The notes: generated by a model not told the origin, from the sequence alone. Positions 18,498 through 28,698 are shown, numbered from the stretch's first letter. The stretch: 64,000 nucleotides of DNA from Bdellovibrionales bacterium CG10_big_fil_rev_8_21_14_0_10_45_34 (GCA_002778785.1 PEZS01000010.1:184671-248670); one strand, 5' to 3'. Numbers and translations are program-made.

Positions 18498-18851
18498 GTG
18501 GTATTTCAAGACGACAAATCATCCAAAAGACGAAAGCATCCCAGACGAAAGACGGATTCACCTATGGGAATTCTGTACCGGGGAGAGTATGAGATATGCA
18601 GACTGTCTGAAATTGGAGAAGGCGGACTGGGGTTTTTCAGCGATTGCACGTATAATAAGGGATCCCAGGCTGTCGTCACATACTCTATTGAAGGTTTTTT
18701 TGTCGTAACAACAGCCGAGATAGTCTCGCAAAATTCCCGTGACGGCAAATACCACCACGGAGTCGCTTTTACAAACGTCAGTTTTGAAGCTAAAAGACGT
18801 ATTCGAGATTTTATTGCCTCTCGAACAGATACTTACTTAGTCAACGACTGA
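18498..18851 (+). CDS. PilZ domain protein
   Basis: Track ORF of 117 aa with the KRRKHPRRK (RxxxR-type) and EIGEGGLGF (D/NxSxxG-type) motifs. Its 3' end overlaps the 3' end of convergent rpsT by 19 nt. Confidence 0.65.
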   Translation: MVFQDDKSSKRRKHPRRKTDSPMGILYRGEYEICRLSEIGEGGLGFFSDCTYNKGSQAVVTYSIEGFFVVTTAEIVSQNSRDGKYHHGVAFTNVSFEAKRRIRDFIASRTDTYLVND

Positions 18852-19099
18852 AGCTGCTGAGAAAGTCTTGAGATCTTTCTCGAGACAGACTTGTAGTGAA
18901 CCACGCCTTTGTTGCCGGCTTTTTGCGCCTTAGACATGAAGTCTTTAAGGAGTTCACCCGCGAGTGATTTATCACTAGCCTTAATGGCTTCACGAACTTT
19001 CTTTTCAAGTGTTCGCACGGTTGACTCGATTCGAGTGTTAACTGCGTTTCTTCGTACTGCCTGGCGGGCGCGTTTCTCTGCCGATTTGTGAGTTGCCAA
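18833..19099 (-). CDS. rpsT: 30S ribosomal protein S20
   Basis: Track ORF of 88 aa beginning MATHKSAEKRARQAVRRNAVN... Confidence 0.95.
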   Translation of the reverse strand: MATHKSAEKRARQAVRRNAVNTRIESTVRTLEKKVREAIKASDKSLAGELLKDFMSKAQKAGNKGVVHYKSVSRKISRLSQQLQSLTK

Positions 19100-19159
19100 G
19101 TTATTGCCTCCAAACTAAGCTTTTTTGACAGATTGCGGTGTAACATACAAAGGGCAGCT

Positions 19160-20749
19160 ATGCAAGAGGCGAGTGGGCAATCGGCCATCAAGAAGACAAG
19201 TGTGGGTAAAGCGGCTCTTTGGATGGCATCCGGCACCCTGGCCAGCCGTATACTTGGACTTATCAGAGATATGACTATGGCGGCAGCTTTTGATCGCACT
19301 GTGACAGACGCGTGGCTTGTAGCGTTTCGGCTCCCTAACCTTTTTCGACGAATCCTAGGAGAGGGCTCCCTGAGCGTCACCTTCATACCTGCGTTTATAA
19401 AAAAGATGGAGACCGAAGGGCTCTCTCAAGCACGCGATTTTGCCTCTGCCATGTGGACGCTTTTATTATGTCTGCTAATACCACTCTGCGGACTTGGGAT
19501 CATCTACAGCGAGCAGATTGTCGGCTTATTCACTCCAGGGGAGGCTTACCAATCCATACCTGGAAAGGTAGAGATGACCGTAATCTTTGCCAAAATCATG
19601 TTTTCATTTCTTGTACTCGTGAGTCTTTATGCCTTTTTTATGGCCGTTCTGCAGAGTCTTGGCCGGTTCGGTCTGGCGGCATTTGCCCCTACTCTTCTAA
19701 ATATTTGCCTCATTGCGAGTGCGTGGGTTCCGCAAAACTGGTTTACGCTTGAGGGCGAAGAGCTAGCGTGGGCTGTTCTCGTGGGAGGCTTCCTGCAGGT
19801 CGCTTTGCTGGTTCCGACTATAGTCAGGTTGGGTCTGTTTCCGCGATTAGTAATTCGGTTTCTTACGCCAGAGGTAAAAGGTGTACTTTTGCGAATGCTC
19901 CCCAGCGTAGTGGGGCTAGGAATCATGCAAATGACCATTTTAGTTAATACTCGATTTGCAAGCCGATTACCAGAAGGCACGAACTCTTGGATATTCTGGG
20001 CGGATCGTATTTTGGAGTTTCCGCTTTCACTTTTTGCTGTGAGCCTCGGGAGTGCTCTACTGCCAACGATGAGTCGTCACTGGAGCCAAGGTGACACAGC
20101 GGCCATGTCGAGGGATGGAGTTCGTTTTTTAAAATCTATTTTAACGATCTCACTTCCCATTGCAGTGTTCACTTATTTTTTAGCGCCGCAAATTGTGACT
20201 GTGCTCTTTGAAAGAGGAAACTTCTCTGCGCATGACTCTTTAATGACTGCTCAGATTTTGCAAATCTATTCCGTAGCTATTTTAGCATACAGTGTAGTTC
20301 GAGTGCTGGCACCTATGTTTTACGCAATGGAAAACACATGGTTTCCGGCTCTTGTTTCGGCCCTTTCTCTCACCGTGCACGTTGTGATGGCTCCTTTCTG
20401 GATTGAAGCTTTTCAGATTCAAGGGTTGGTGTTTTCGACAGTGCTTAGTAGCGCGATGAATGGAATACTTTTAATGCTTGGCCTTCGTTTTTGGATCGGA
20501 CCGATTTGGGGGCGCGATCTAATACTTCATTTTATTAAGTTGATCGTTATAGGGTCTTTAGTGGCACTCAGTTGTATCGTTATCGGAAACATACAAATGT
20601 TTGAGACACATTATTTAGACATGCTGTCGCAACTAATTTTATCGGCCGTAGTATTTGTGGCAGTTGTATATGCTTTTGGTAGCTTCATTGGTGTGGGTGA
20701 AGTTGTTGAGATAAAAAACAGAATACTCAACCGATTCAAGCGCACCTAG
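19160..20749 (+). CDS. murJ: Lipid II flippase MurJ (MviN)
   Basis: The track ORF is 19088..20749. A polytopic membrane protein with the SRILGLIRD motif. The ATG at 19160 avoids the overlap with rpsT. Confidence 0.88.
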   Translation: MQEASGQSAIKKTSVGKAALWMASGTLASRILGLIRDMTMAAAFDRTVTDAWLVAFRLPNLFRRILGEGSLSVTFIPAFIKKMETEGLSQARDFASAMWTLLLCLLIPLCGLGIIYSEQIVGLFTPGEAYQSIPGKVEMTVIFAKIMFSFLVLVSLYAFFMAVLQSLGRFGLAAFAPTLLNICLIASAWVPQNWFTLEGEELAWAVLVGGFLQVALLVPTIVRLGLFPRLVIRFLTPEVKGVLLRMLPSVVGLGIMQMTILVNTRFASRLPEGTNSWIFWADRILEFPLSLFAVSLGSALLPTMSRHWSQGDTAAMSRDGVRFLKSILTISLPIAVFTYFLAPQIVTVLFERGNFSAHDSLMTAQILQIYSVAILAYSVVRVLAPMFYAMENTWFPALVSALSLTVHVVMAPFWIEAFQIQGLVFSTVLSSAMNGILLMLGLRFWIGPIWGRDLILHFIKLIVIGSLVALSCIVIGNIQMFETHYLDMLSQLILSAVVFVAVVYAFGSFIGVGEVVEIKNRILNRFKRT

Positions 20750-20831
20750 GAAGAAATCTAATTGCAATGATGTAACAAAAAAGCAAAGGAACCGCTCCAA
20801 AATTAATTGAAAAAGAACGGTACCTAAAATA

Positions 20832-21983
20832 TTAGTTTGAGCGCCATTTGACGTAATCGAAGCTCCATCGATAATTTTGAGAGAACTGCTTGCCGCTCCA
20901 GAATTCAGCCCCCTTAACTCCACCCGCAAAAATCTTGTCTCCGCGCTCAAGGTAAACGGCATTTCCGGTGTGCTTCCAAAGCCAGGCATACGCCGGTGCA
21001 ATAAGAAGATTCAAATCGGGTTCGCCCGCAGATTTACTCTTAACGTCGTAGAAAAAAGAAAGGTCTTTTTCAATCCAAGCAGCCTTCCAAAGTTGATCTG
21101 TGGCTTTTTCTAGCGCGGCAATTGCTGACGTTGAGTTTGTGAGCTCGATGTATTCGATTAACGCGGCAAAATTAAGACCCAGCATATAGGGCGCCCACCA
21201 CGAGCATGTCTGTTTATCTAGTACAGTATCTAGATGGCCTAGCGCAAATCCCACAGCCTTTTCGAGATTAGGATGTCTGCCAAATCCTGCCTTTTCGTAG
21301 GCAATGTATGCTTGAATAATATAGGCAATTTCTCGGACGTATTGGCACTTGTCGCCTACAGTTAACGGAGCAAAGGCGGAGTACAATGCCATTCTTTTAA
21401 TTGCTTCCTTTGAGCTTGCATCACCTCGTAGCTGCCAGTTCGTATACATTCCGTGCGGGAATATTCGCCAACCTGAGAGGCGGCCAACCGGATAAGTGAC
21501 TCCGTTTGTTGTAGACAATACCCAGTCTCTGTAGGCTTCAGCCGCCCATCTCGCGCATTCAAGCCAACTGTTATCTCCTGTGTATTCAGCAATCTGAAAA
21601 TAAACTCGAGCGCCATCGTAGAACCAAACGTTGCCTTCATTTGAAACTCCTGACGACCCAATCGCCCCGCGAATTTGAGACTCAACGCAATATTTCTTTC
21701 CGTCAAGCATACGTGTTTTCCAAAGCTCAAGTTCTGGAATCGGTCCACCAATCGCCGGAAGTTGTGTCGACCCATCGTTTTCTCCAACACCTATTTCGTT
21801 AGAGTTACCCGACTGGTCAGGATTATCTGAAGAGTTTTTGCCGGGGTCGTGAGAAGAAGAGCTCAAGTTTGAGACTTCTCCGGCAACCTTGAAAGGTGAC
21901 TCAGAAGAACAAGATACAACGAAAGCTGCAAATGCCAACTGCGACAATAATCTAAAAATGAAACGTATCATTGTGAACCCCAC
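20832..21983 (-). CDS. Hypothetical lipoprotein (possibly alpha/alpha-toroid fold)
   Basis: Track ORF of 383 aa with lipobox FVVSCSS and a low-complexity Ser/Asn/Asp linker. I cannot assign a family. Confidence 0.45.
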   Translation of the reverse strand: MGFTMIRFIFRLLSQLAFAAFVVSCSSESPFKVAGEVSNLSSSSHDPGKNSSDNPDQSGNSNEIGVGENDGSTQLPAIGGPIPELELWKTRMLDGKKYCVESQIRGAIGSSGVSNEGNVWFYDGARVYFQIAEYTGDNSWLECARWAAEAYRDWVLSTTNGVTYPVGRLSGWRIFPHGMYTNWQLRGDASSKEAIKRMALYSAFAPLTVGDKCQYVREIAYIIQAYIAYEKAGFGRHPNLEKAVGFALGHLDTVLDKQTCSWWAPYMLGLNFAALIEYIELTNSTSAIAALEKATDQLWKAAWIEKDLSFFYDVKSKSAGEPDLNLLIAPAYAWLWKHTGNAVYLERGDKIFAGGVKGAEFWSGKQFSQNYRWSFDYVKWRSN

Positions 21984-22127
21984 CCTCTACTACTGTATTT
22001 AAATGCAATCCGCATACCCAGGTATTGCATTCCAGAGCGACCTAGAAGAGAGCTCGTAATGTGTTGCTGTCGAAACTATGAGAAGCAAACTTTTTTTTTA
22101 CAGTATTGGAAGGGGATTCTGCGGTGT

Positions 22128-22181
22128 AATTACCAAGCGATTCTGACCCTATTTAATTACCAAGGGAATTTAACCCTATTT
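22128..22181. repeat. Imperfect tandem 27-bp direct repeat (2 copies, 23/27 identical)
   Basis: AATTACCAAGCGATTCTGACCCTATTT is followed directly by AATTACCAAGGGAATTTAACCCTATTT, about 145-200 bp upstream of the lipoprotein gene start at 21983. Confidence 0.85.
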
Positions 22182-22284
22182 GTGTTTCATTTGGTAACAG
22201 CAGGTCGTACAAATTCAACTAACCTGGTTGGGATATCATTTGATTCGGAGAGGTTAAAAACAAAGTTGTCTTTGATTTGGACAC

Positions 22285-23172
22285 TTATTTTTGCAAAGAA
22301 TGCGTGGATTCAGATGAAGCAACCTCGCCGGTGCGCAGGAGTTTTTTTGCTTTGTCCCAAAGCTCTTCTTTTTTAGCATTGTCCAAAGTTTTAAAATCGA
22401 GTTTTTCCTCTGAACAGATCTCATCCATTTTTGCGAATCTCTTTAAAAATTTTCGATTGGCGTTTCTTAAGCTAGTTTCGGCGTCTATTTCGAGATGCCT
22501 GGCGAGCTGAGAAACGCAAAACAGCAAATCGCCTATTTCTTCCGCCTGTCGCTCGCGGGTTTCAAACAGGGCCTCTTCTACTTCCCTTAACTCTTCTTTC
22601 ACTTTTTCGACGACTGCGTCTGAGCTACTCCAATCAAAATTTACAAGCCGAGATTTTTCGCCAATCTTTTGTGCGACCTGAAGTGCTGGAAGGCCTTTAG
22701 GAATTCTGCGAAGGGAATCCAAAAGCTGTTTCTGTTGAGACCGAGCGCTGTCGTCGCGCGATTCTTTAGCTTTGATTTCTTCCCATTGAGCGCGAAGCTC
22801 CACGTCATTAAGAGTTTGCTTGGTGGCAAAAACGTGAGGATGCCTACTTACTAATTTTTCGTTCAGCTGTTTAGCTACCTCGCCGAAATCAAATTGATTG
22901 TTTAGGCGGGCTATTTCGCAATGAAAAACAACTTGCAAAAGCACATCACCGAGTTCCTTGATAAACTCTTGATTCCCGGATTCGCTAGTGCCATCAGTTT
23001 CGTGAAGATTTTCAATAGCCTCGATCAACTCGTGGGTCTCTTCTATCAGGTACGGGACTAGGCTTTTGTGGGTCTGTTTTTGATCCCAAGGGCATCCATT
23101 TGGGCCAAGTAATTGTGACATGGTAGACAAAAGTTGATTAACCGGGCCTATATCGGGGACTGTGTAAGACAA
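22285..23172 (-). CDS. mazG: Nucleoside triphosphate pyrophosphohydrolase MazG
   Basis: Track ORF of 295 aa with tandem MazG domains. Motifs: CPWDQKQTHKSL, EETHELIEAI, EELGDVLLQV and EEIGDLLF. Confidence 0.85.
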   Translation of the reverse strand: MSYTVPDIGPVNQLLSTMSQLLGPNGCPWDQKQTHKSLVPYLIEETHELIEAIENLHETDGTSESGNQEFIKELGDVLLQVVFHCEIARLNNQFDFGEVAKQLNEKLVSRHPHVFATKQTLNDVELRAQWEEIKAKESRDDSARSQQKQLLDSLRRIPKGLPALQVAQKIGEKSRLVNFDWSSSDAVVEKVKEELREVEEALFETRERQAEEIGDLLFCVSQLARHLEIDAETSLRNANRKFLKRFAKMDEICSEEKLDFKTLDNAKKEELWDKAKKLLRTGEVASSESTHSLQK

Positions 23173-23274
23173 AATAGACGTCCTTTCGTGTCAATTCCTT
23201 GAAAATTCCGATAGGATAAATAGCAAGCTCGGAATATTTTTTATATAGATCTCGTGAAGGATATCTAACAAAAG

Positions 23275-25716
23275 ATGGGCGATAGTTCAAAGCTCGGAAA
23301 ATATGAAAGTCCTAAGTCACCATGGCGCCGTGGTGGGGTGGTGTACAGGTTTAAAAAGTTCCTCAGTTGGATAGACAGCCTGGGGCTTGAGAAGAGCTTC
23401 GTAGGCAGAGGATTACTTAAACTAGAGGACAGATTCAAAATTCGCCGGATAGTCTTATTATTCGTGTACGGCCTTGTGCTCGCATTTATATCTAATCTCG
23501 ACCTCGATTTTTTCTATACCGGATATTCCGAAGGCGATATTGCAGCCACAGATATAAAATCTCCGATAGGGCTAGATTACATTGACTACGCACAGACCGA
23601 GAACAAGCGGCTCGAGCAGGAGCGAGCCGTACCGCCAGTTATGGACTTTGATCGAGAGCTCTATGAAGGCCTCATCAACGGAATTTACGCTGGCTTTCGC
23701 GAAATGCGAAAGCTTATCCGCCAAGAAGGGATTCCGGCTAAAGGAATAGGACGCGACGAAAAGATCAAAGAATTCATTCAGCATCGAAGTCGTTTCGACA
23801 CTTTGTTAGGTGCGGGATCGATTCAAAACCGAGATTTTGAATGGTTGGTCGAGAAGAATTTTAGCGTCGCGATTGAAAACTTTATTTTAAGAGTCCTAGA
23901 GGCCCGAGCCGGGTTGTACCTTACAAGCGATCTTGCCGCCTTAAATGCTATGACTGACGAGAAAATCGTCTTGCGTGTTGTTCGCCAGGGTGGAGGGGGC
24001 AATGAGTTACCAGTAAGAATAACAGAGCTTTCCGATGTTTCCGAAGCAAGAAAGCTTAACGAAAAAAATGCAGGCCGAGCTGATAGACTTGGAGCAGATG
24101 CAAAGCTTCACCTTCAAAGGATTGTCGATGCTCTTGTTATTGCAAATGTCACACTGAATCGACAAGAGACATTAGATAGGAAGCAAAAAGCAAGGGATTC
24201 GGTGAGGCCGCTTAAGACGAGTATTGCTAAAAATCAGACAATTCTCACATCTGGGTCTGTTGTACAACCATCGCACATAGAAATTCTCAACGAAATAGAG
24301 CGTAAGCAAAAAGAAAAGGTAGATGACTTTAACTCATTGGTTCTTTCTCTGATCTTTGTAGTTGTCGTGTTGGTTTTTGCATCGTATTTGCGACGGTTTA
24401 CACTCAACAAAGTCAAAATTCCGAACAAAGATTTAACAGCGATGGGGGTTGCCACATTGGCGGTTCTTATTGCCTCGAAGATTTCCTATTTTCTAGTCAA
24501 TGAGTCTCTTGGAGAAAGGTTCTCAGGGCTAATACCCCAAATGGCTTACATTTATCTGCTTCCGTTTGCAGCAGCGCCAATGCTGGTTGGGCTGATCATT
24601 TCCTTTGGCGAAGTCGTATGGTTGTTCACATTGTTTGCGTCTATTGTCTTTGGCCTCTCGTTTGATGGTGATGCCACGATTCTTCTCGTTACGGCAGTGG
24701 GTGGTATTGCCGCAGCTCGAGGCGTATATGGGTGTAAAAAGAGAAACGATATCTATTTTGCCGGATTGAGGACTGGAGTTGTAAACGCTTCGGTCATAAC
24801 ATTGTTAATGCTTCTTACGTCGAGTACATCCGAGTGGGGCCGAGATATCCTTTGGTGCGCACTTGCTGGTTTAATATCGGGTGTATTTAGTTCCTTTGTT
24901 GCCATGACTTTGGTGCCTTTGTTCGAGAGCTTGTTCAATTACACGACGGATGTGAAGCTACTTGAGTTAGGCAATTTAGATCATCCCCTGATGAAAGAGA
25001 TGTTAGTTAAAGCGCCTGGGACCTACCACCATTCACTTGTCGTTGGCAGCATGGTTGAAGCAGCAGCTGAGCGTATCGGAGCTAATCCTTTGCTGGCGAA
25101 AGTGGCCAGCTACTACCACGATATTGGTAAGCTTAAGCATCCTCAGTACTTTATTGAGAATCAGAGGCCGGGGCATAACCCGCACGATCATTTGTCTCCT
25201 CATATGAGTAAGACTGTCTTAATAGCTCACGTAAAAGATGGTGTCGAAATGGCGAAACGCTACAAGCTGGGTAAGCCTATTGTCGATGTCATACTTCAAC
25301 ACCATGGTACGACGCTCATTTCCTATTTTTACAATCGAGCGCTTGAAAGAGCCGAAGTGAGTCTTTCAGATCCAGATGAAGGCGATTTTAGGTATCCGGG
25401 GCCTAAGCCTCAGTTTCGAGAGGCAGCACTTTGTATGTTGGCTGATAGCATAGAGGCGGCCGCACGATCTTTAGATGAGCCAACGCCGGTTAGGCTTCGC
25501 AATATAGTGAAGAATATAATTAACAGAAAATTTTTAGACGGTCAGCTCGATGAATGTAATCTCACATTGAGAGACCTTTCTTCAATTGAATCAGCCTTTA
25601 CCAAAGTAATTTTGGGAATCTATCACCAGCGCATTGATTATCCGAAACATGCTGGAGGCGGTGCATCTGAACCGTCACCTACGAGACCAAAGATTGTTTC
25701 CGTTCGCAATCATTGA
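23275..25716 (+). CDS. 7TM-receptor HD/HDIG phosphohydrolase (YqfF/PgpH family)
   Basis: Track ORF of 813 aa. Architecture: N-terminal extracellular region, 7 TM segments, and an HD domain (HHSLVVG...YHDIGK). It sits upstream of ybeY, as in the conserved phoH-yqfF-ybeY neighbourhood. Confidence 0.85.
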   Translation: MGDSSKLGKYESPKSPWRRGGVVYRFKKFLSWIDSLGLEKSFVGRGLLKLEDRFKIRRIVLLFVYGLVLAFISNLDLDFFYTGYSEGDIAATDIKSPIGLDYIDYAQTENKRLEQERAVPPVMDFDRELYEGLINGIYAGFREMRKLIRQEGIPAKGIGRDEKIKEFIQHRSRFDTLLGAGSIQNRDFEWLVEKNFSVAIENFILRVLEARAGLYLTSDLAALNAMTDEKIVLRVVRQGGGGNELPVRITELSDVSEARKLNEKNAGRADRLGADAKLHLQRIVDALVIANVTLNRQETLDRKQKARDSVRPLKTSIAKNQTILTSGSVVQPSHIEILNEIERKQKEKVDDFNSLVLSLIFVVVVLVFASYLRRFTLNKVKIPNKDLTAMGVATLAVLIASKISYFLVNESLGERFSGLIPQMAYIYLLPFAAAPMLVGLIISFGEVVWLFTLFASIVFGLSFDGDATILLVTAVGGIAAARGVYGCKKRNDIYFAGLRTGVVNASVITLLMLLTSSTSEWGRDILWCALAGLISGVFSSFVAMTLVPLFESLFNYTTDVKLLELGNLDHPLMKEMLVKAPGTYHHSLVVGSMVEAAAERIGANPLLAKVASYYHDIGKLKHPQYFIENQRPGHNPHDHLSPHMSKTVLIAHVKDGVEMAKRYKLGKPIVDVILQHHGTTLISYFYNRALERAEVSLSDPDEGDFRYPGPKPQFREAALCMLADSIEAAARSLDEPTPVRLRNIVKNIINRKFLDGQLDECNLTLRDLSSIESAFTKVILGIYHQRIDYPKHAGGGASEPSPTRPKIVSVRNH

Positions 25717-25728
25717 GAAGCTAACGGA

Positions 25729-26175
25729 ATGAAGTTAGAAATCTTTAAAAACACGCGCGCAAATATTTCTTTAAAATTTATAGAAACCAAACTGAAAGAA
25801 GTAGAGAAGAGTTTACGAAAAGTATGTGGCTACAAAAGTCACGAAGTTCTGAGAGTCGTCTTTATTGATGCCGCGCAGATGAAAAAACTTAATCATCAGT
25901 ATCGATCCAAAAATAAGGTGACGGATGTTTTAAGCTTTCAAGGGGTTGAAGATGGAGTCTTCGGAGAGCTCGTTTTCTGTATGCCCGTTCTTAGGGAGCA
26001 AGCAAAGCAGAATAGCTGGCCTGTTTCTACCGAATTCCTCTATTTAACGATTCACGGCCTTTTGCATTTGCATGGCATGGATCACGAACGCTCAGTAGTA
26101 GAAGCCGAAAAAATGTTCAGCATCCAAGATCGAATATTTTCTCAAATCACAGGGATTCCCTTAAAAGGCACCTAA
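25729..26175 (+). CDS. ybeY: rRNA maturation endoribonuclease YbeY
   Basis: Track ORF of 148 aa with the metal motif HGLLHLHGMDH. Confidence 0.9.
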   Translation: MKLEIFKNTRANISLKFIETKLKEVEKSLRKVCGYKSHEVLRVVFIDAAQMKKLNHQYRSKNKVTDVLSFQGVEDGVFGELVFCMPVLREQAKQNSWPVSTEFLYLTIHGLLHLHGMDHERSVVEAEKMFSIQDRIFSQITGIPLKGT

Positions 26176-26301
26176 CAGGTGCCTGTCAAATCGCTAGCTC
26201 AGCTGCGTTAATTGCAACCTGAACGGACAATTGCTACCATCCAGTATCGGGTACCATTATAGATTTTCGCGTTAGCTAGTTCATAGATCGAGGGATAAAA
26301 A

Positions 26302-27421
26302 ATGTCATTGGCAACAGAGTTGGGTGAGCTGAATGGTCGAGTGGCGAATCTTCAGGAGGAACTGAGCAAATTGCGGAGGTATCTTTGACGTCGAACGCCG
26401 TAAGGCTCGACTCGAAGAGGTCGGTAACTCTTTAAAGAACCCCGCTGTCTGGGAAAAGCCAGCTGAGCTTCAGAAGTTCAATAAAGAAAAAGTACTCCTC
26501 GAAAAGTCTCTAGAAACTTGGAGCTCTTTTGAGTCTGGCGTTTCAGACGCTTTAGTCCTACTTGGGTTTGCTAAAGAAGATGACGATGAAAATTCCTTTG
26601 AAGAGCTTAAACAATTAGTTAAGAGGCTCGAAAAACAGTCTGAAGATCTAGAACTTGAAAAGATGCTTCGAGGCGAGACAGACGCCAACTCGGCGTATCT
26701 TTCTATCAATTCGGGCGCAGGAGGTACAGAGGCCTGTGACTGGGCCGATATGCTTTTTCGAATGTACACTCGGTATGCCCAAAATAGTGGTTTTAAAGTG
26801 GAGATACTCGACATCTCCCATGGAGAAGAAGCGGGAATAAAATCTGCAACCATACAGATTCAGGGCCCATTCGCGTACGGATTTCTCAAGGCAGAAAATG
26901 GGGTCCATAGGTTGGTGCGAATAAGTCCGTTTGATTCAAACGCAAGAAGACATACCAGTTTTGCATCGGTTTTTGCTTGGCCAGAGATCGATGATGAGAT
27001 CGAGATCGAAATTCGCACCGAAGACTTAAGAATTGATACCTATCGCTCGAGTGGTGCGGGTGGTCAGCATGTCAATAAAACTGACTCCGCCGTACGAATG
27101 ACACATATTCCGACGGGTATAGTTGTACAGTGTCAGAACCAGAGAAGCCAGCATGCCAATAGAGACAAGGCTATGAAAATGATGAAGGCAGCTCTCTACG
27201 AGAGAGAAGTAGAAGAGCGCAATAAGCTGAAAGATGAAGTGGAGTCGACAAAAAAAGCGAATGAGTGGGGAAGCCAAATTCGCTCTTATGTGATGCAGCC
27301 CTACCAGCTCGTTAAAGACCACAGAACAGGCTATGAAACGAGTCAGGTTCAAGATGTTATGAACGGGGATCTAGACGCATTCATCAAGTCTTACTTAAGA
27401 AGTTCCACGGCTGGGATATAA
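26302..27421 (+). CDS. prfB: Peptide chain release factor 2, join(26302..26385,26387..27421) via programmed +1 frameshift
   Basis: Frame 0 reads MSLATELGELNGRVANLQEELSKLRRYL and then TGA. Frame +1 continues DVERRKARLEEVGNSLKNPAVWEKP... into track ORF 26663..27421, which carries the SPF and GGQ (SGAGGQHVNKTDSAV) motifs. Confidence 0.95.
26375..26389 (+). promoter_or_regulatory. prfB recoding site (internal SD-like GGAGG + slippery CTT TGA C)
   Basis: The sequence is GGAGGTATCTTTGAC. It is essentially the canonical RF2 autoregulatory frameshift cassette. Confidence 0.9.
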
Positions 27422-27423
27422 CT

Positions 27424-28698
27424 TTGAAAAAACCCAAAGCCTCCACTACATGGAAGTTCGACCTCTGGTTGGCACTAAGGTACCTCAAGGGCAGGCGGGT
27501 CTGGCGATCGCCTTCCTTTGTCTTCTCAGCTTTAGGAGTCATATTGGGAGTCGGCTGCATGGTCGTTGCCATGGCCGTTGTTAGTGGCGTTGAATCCCTG
27601 CTCAAGCAAGCCGTGATGGATGTAACTGGGCACATCCTTGTTATGAAGCCTGTCGGCTTTGATAGAGATGACACAGGAATGAGCACTAAACTGGAAAAAT
27701 TCTCTAACACGATTACGGGGATAACGCCCTTTCTTCATATCGAGGGGCTAAGTGCTCATAAAGGTGTTGTGTCAGGAGTCGTACTTCAAGGAGTTGACCC
27801 CTCATCCGTAGGATCGGTTTTGAACTTGAGAAACCGTGTATTAGAAAGTACCCAAAATGCGGGCGCCGAGATCTCTGGTTTTGATAGGTTTTTGCAGGCG
27901 TCCCAAGGGAGCGTACTTGTAGGCAAGGAACTAGCTAAAAAATTATCATTGTCACTCGACGATGATATTACTCTTATCATTCCCCGAGCTACGACGGTGC
28001 ACAAACAGGGATTCACAAGACAAATAGGCCGATTTAAAGTTGTTGGGTTTCTGGATCTTGGCAAGTACGAGTTCAACGAACGCTACATCATGATGAACAT
28101 ACAAGATGCGCAAGAGTTAGCGAAGGTCGGTAAAACGATTTCAGGCTACAGGCTCAAAATTTCAGATCCCTCGAAGGCACAAGATGTCGGATTTGATATC
28201 AACAGAGAGCTAGGTCACCCCTATTGGACGCGCGACTGGATGGAGGTGAGCCGCAATTACTTTTCAGCCGTAACCTTAGAAAAGACAGTGTTGTTCATAG
28301 TGCTCCTCTTTGTTGTTATGATTGCCAGTTTTAACGTGAGCTCAGCTCTATTTGTTCACGTTTTAAGAAGGTTTTCAGATATCAGCCTACTTAGAACTTT
28401 TGGTATGAGTCAAAAAAGTGTGGCACGGGTTTTTTCACTACAAGGGCTCATCGTGGGAGTTTTTGGCGTGGCCTCGGGTCTTCTTTTTGGACTTTTTTTA
28501 ACGAAGCTCGTTGAAATTAGCACTTGGCTTTACGTACCGGCTGAAATTTACAAATTCGACCATCTGCCAATTGAATTAAGGTGGTTGGATTGGCTATTGA
28601 TAATATCAGCTTCTCTATTACTGTGCTGGGTATCATCGTTAGCTCCTGCGCGAAGAGCAAGTCGGATGAACCCCGTGGAGGGAATTCGCTATGAGTGA
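27424..28698 (+). CDS. lolC: Lipoprotein-release ABC transporter permease (single LolC/E-type gene)
   Basis: Track ORF of 424 aa with a TTG start, N-terminus FDLWLALRYLKGRR, and the FtsX-type 4-TM plus periplasmic-loop architecture. It is followed by lolD. Confidence 0.85.
   Translation: MKKPKASTTWKFDLWLALRYLKGRRVWRSPSFVFSALGVILGVGCMVVAMAVVSGVESLLKQAVMDVTGHILVMKPVGFDRDDTGMSTKLEKFSNTITGITPFLHIEGLSAHKGVVSGVVLQGVDPSSVGSVLNLRNRVLESTQNAGAEISGFDRFLQASQGSVLVGKELAKKLSLSLDDDITLIIPRATTVHKQGFTRQIGRFKVVGFLDLGKYEFNERYIMMNIQDAQELAKVGKTISGYRLKISDPSKAQDVGFDINRELGHPYWTRDWMEVSRNYFSAVTLEKTVLFIVLLFVVMIASFNVSSALFVHVLRRFSDISLLRTFGMSQKSVARVFSLQGLIVGVFGVASGLLFGLFLTKLVEISTWLYVPAEIYKFDHLPIELRWLDWLLIISASLLLCWVSSLAPARRASRMNPVEGIRYE

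Noticed and set aside
18841-19386. A 181-aa ORF on the minus strand spanning rpsT and the murJ 5' region. Similar long antisense ORFs occur elsewhere, for example 21362..21790, 38123..38488 and 15223..15684.
   Set aside because: They lie opposite or out of frame to strongly supported genes (rpsT, murJ, the lipoprotein, DUF3108, serA-like). Their composition is Arg/Ser/Leu-rich and shadow-like, and they have no motifs. I treat them as shadow ORFs.
26166-26184. The hairpin AGGCACC-TAACA-GGTGCCT overlapping the ybeY stop codon, as a possible terminator before prfB.
   Set aside because: No T tract follows it, and prfB is probably co-transcribed or has its own promoter. The evidence is too weak to annotate.
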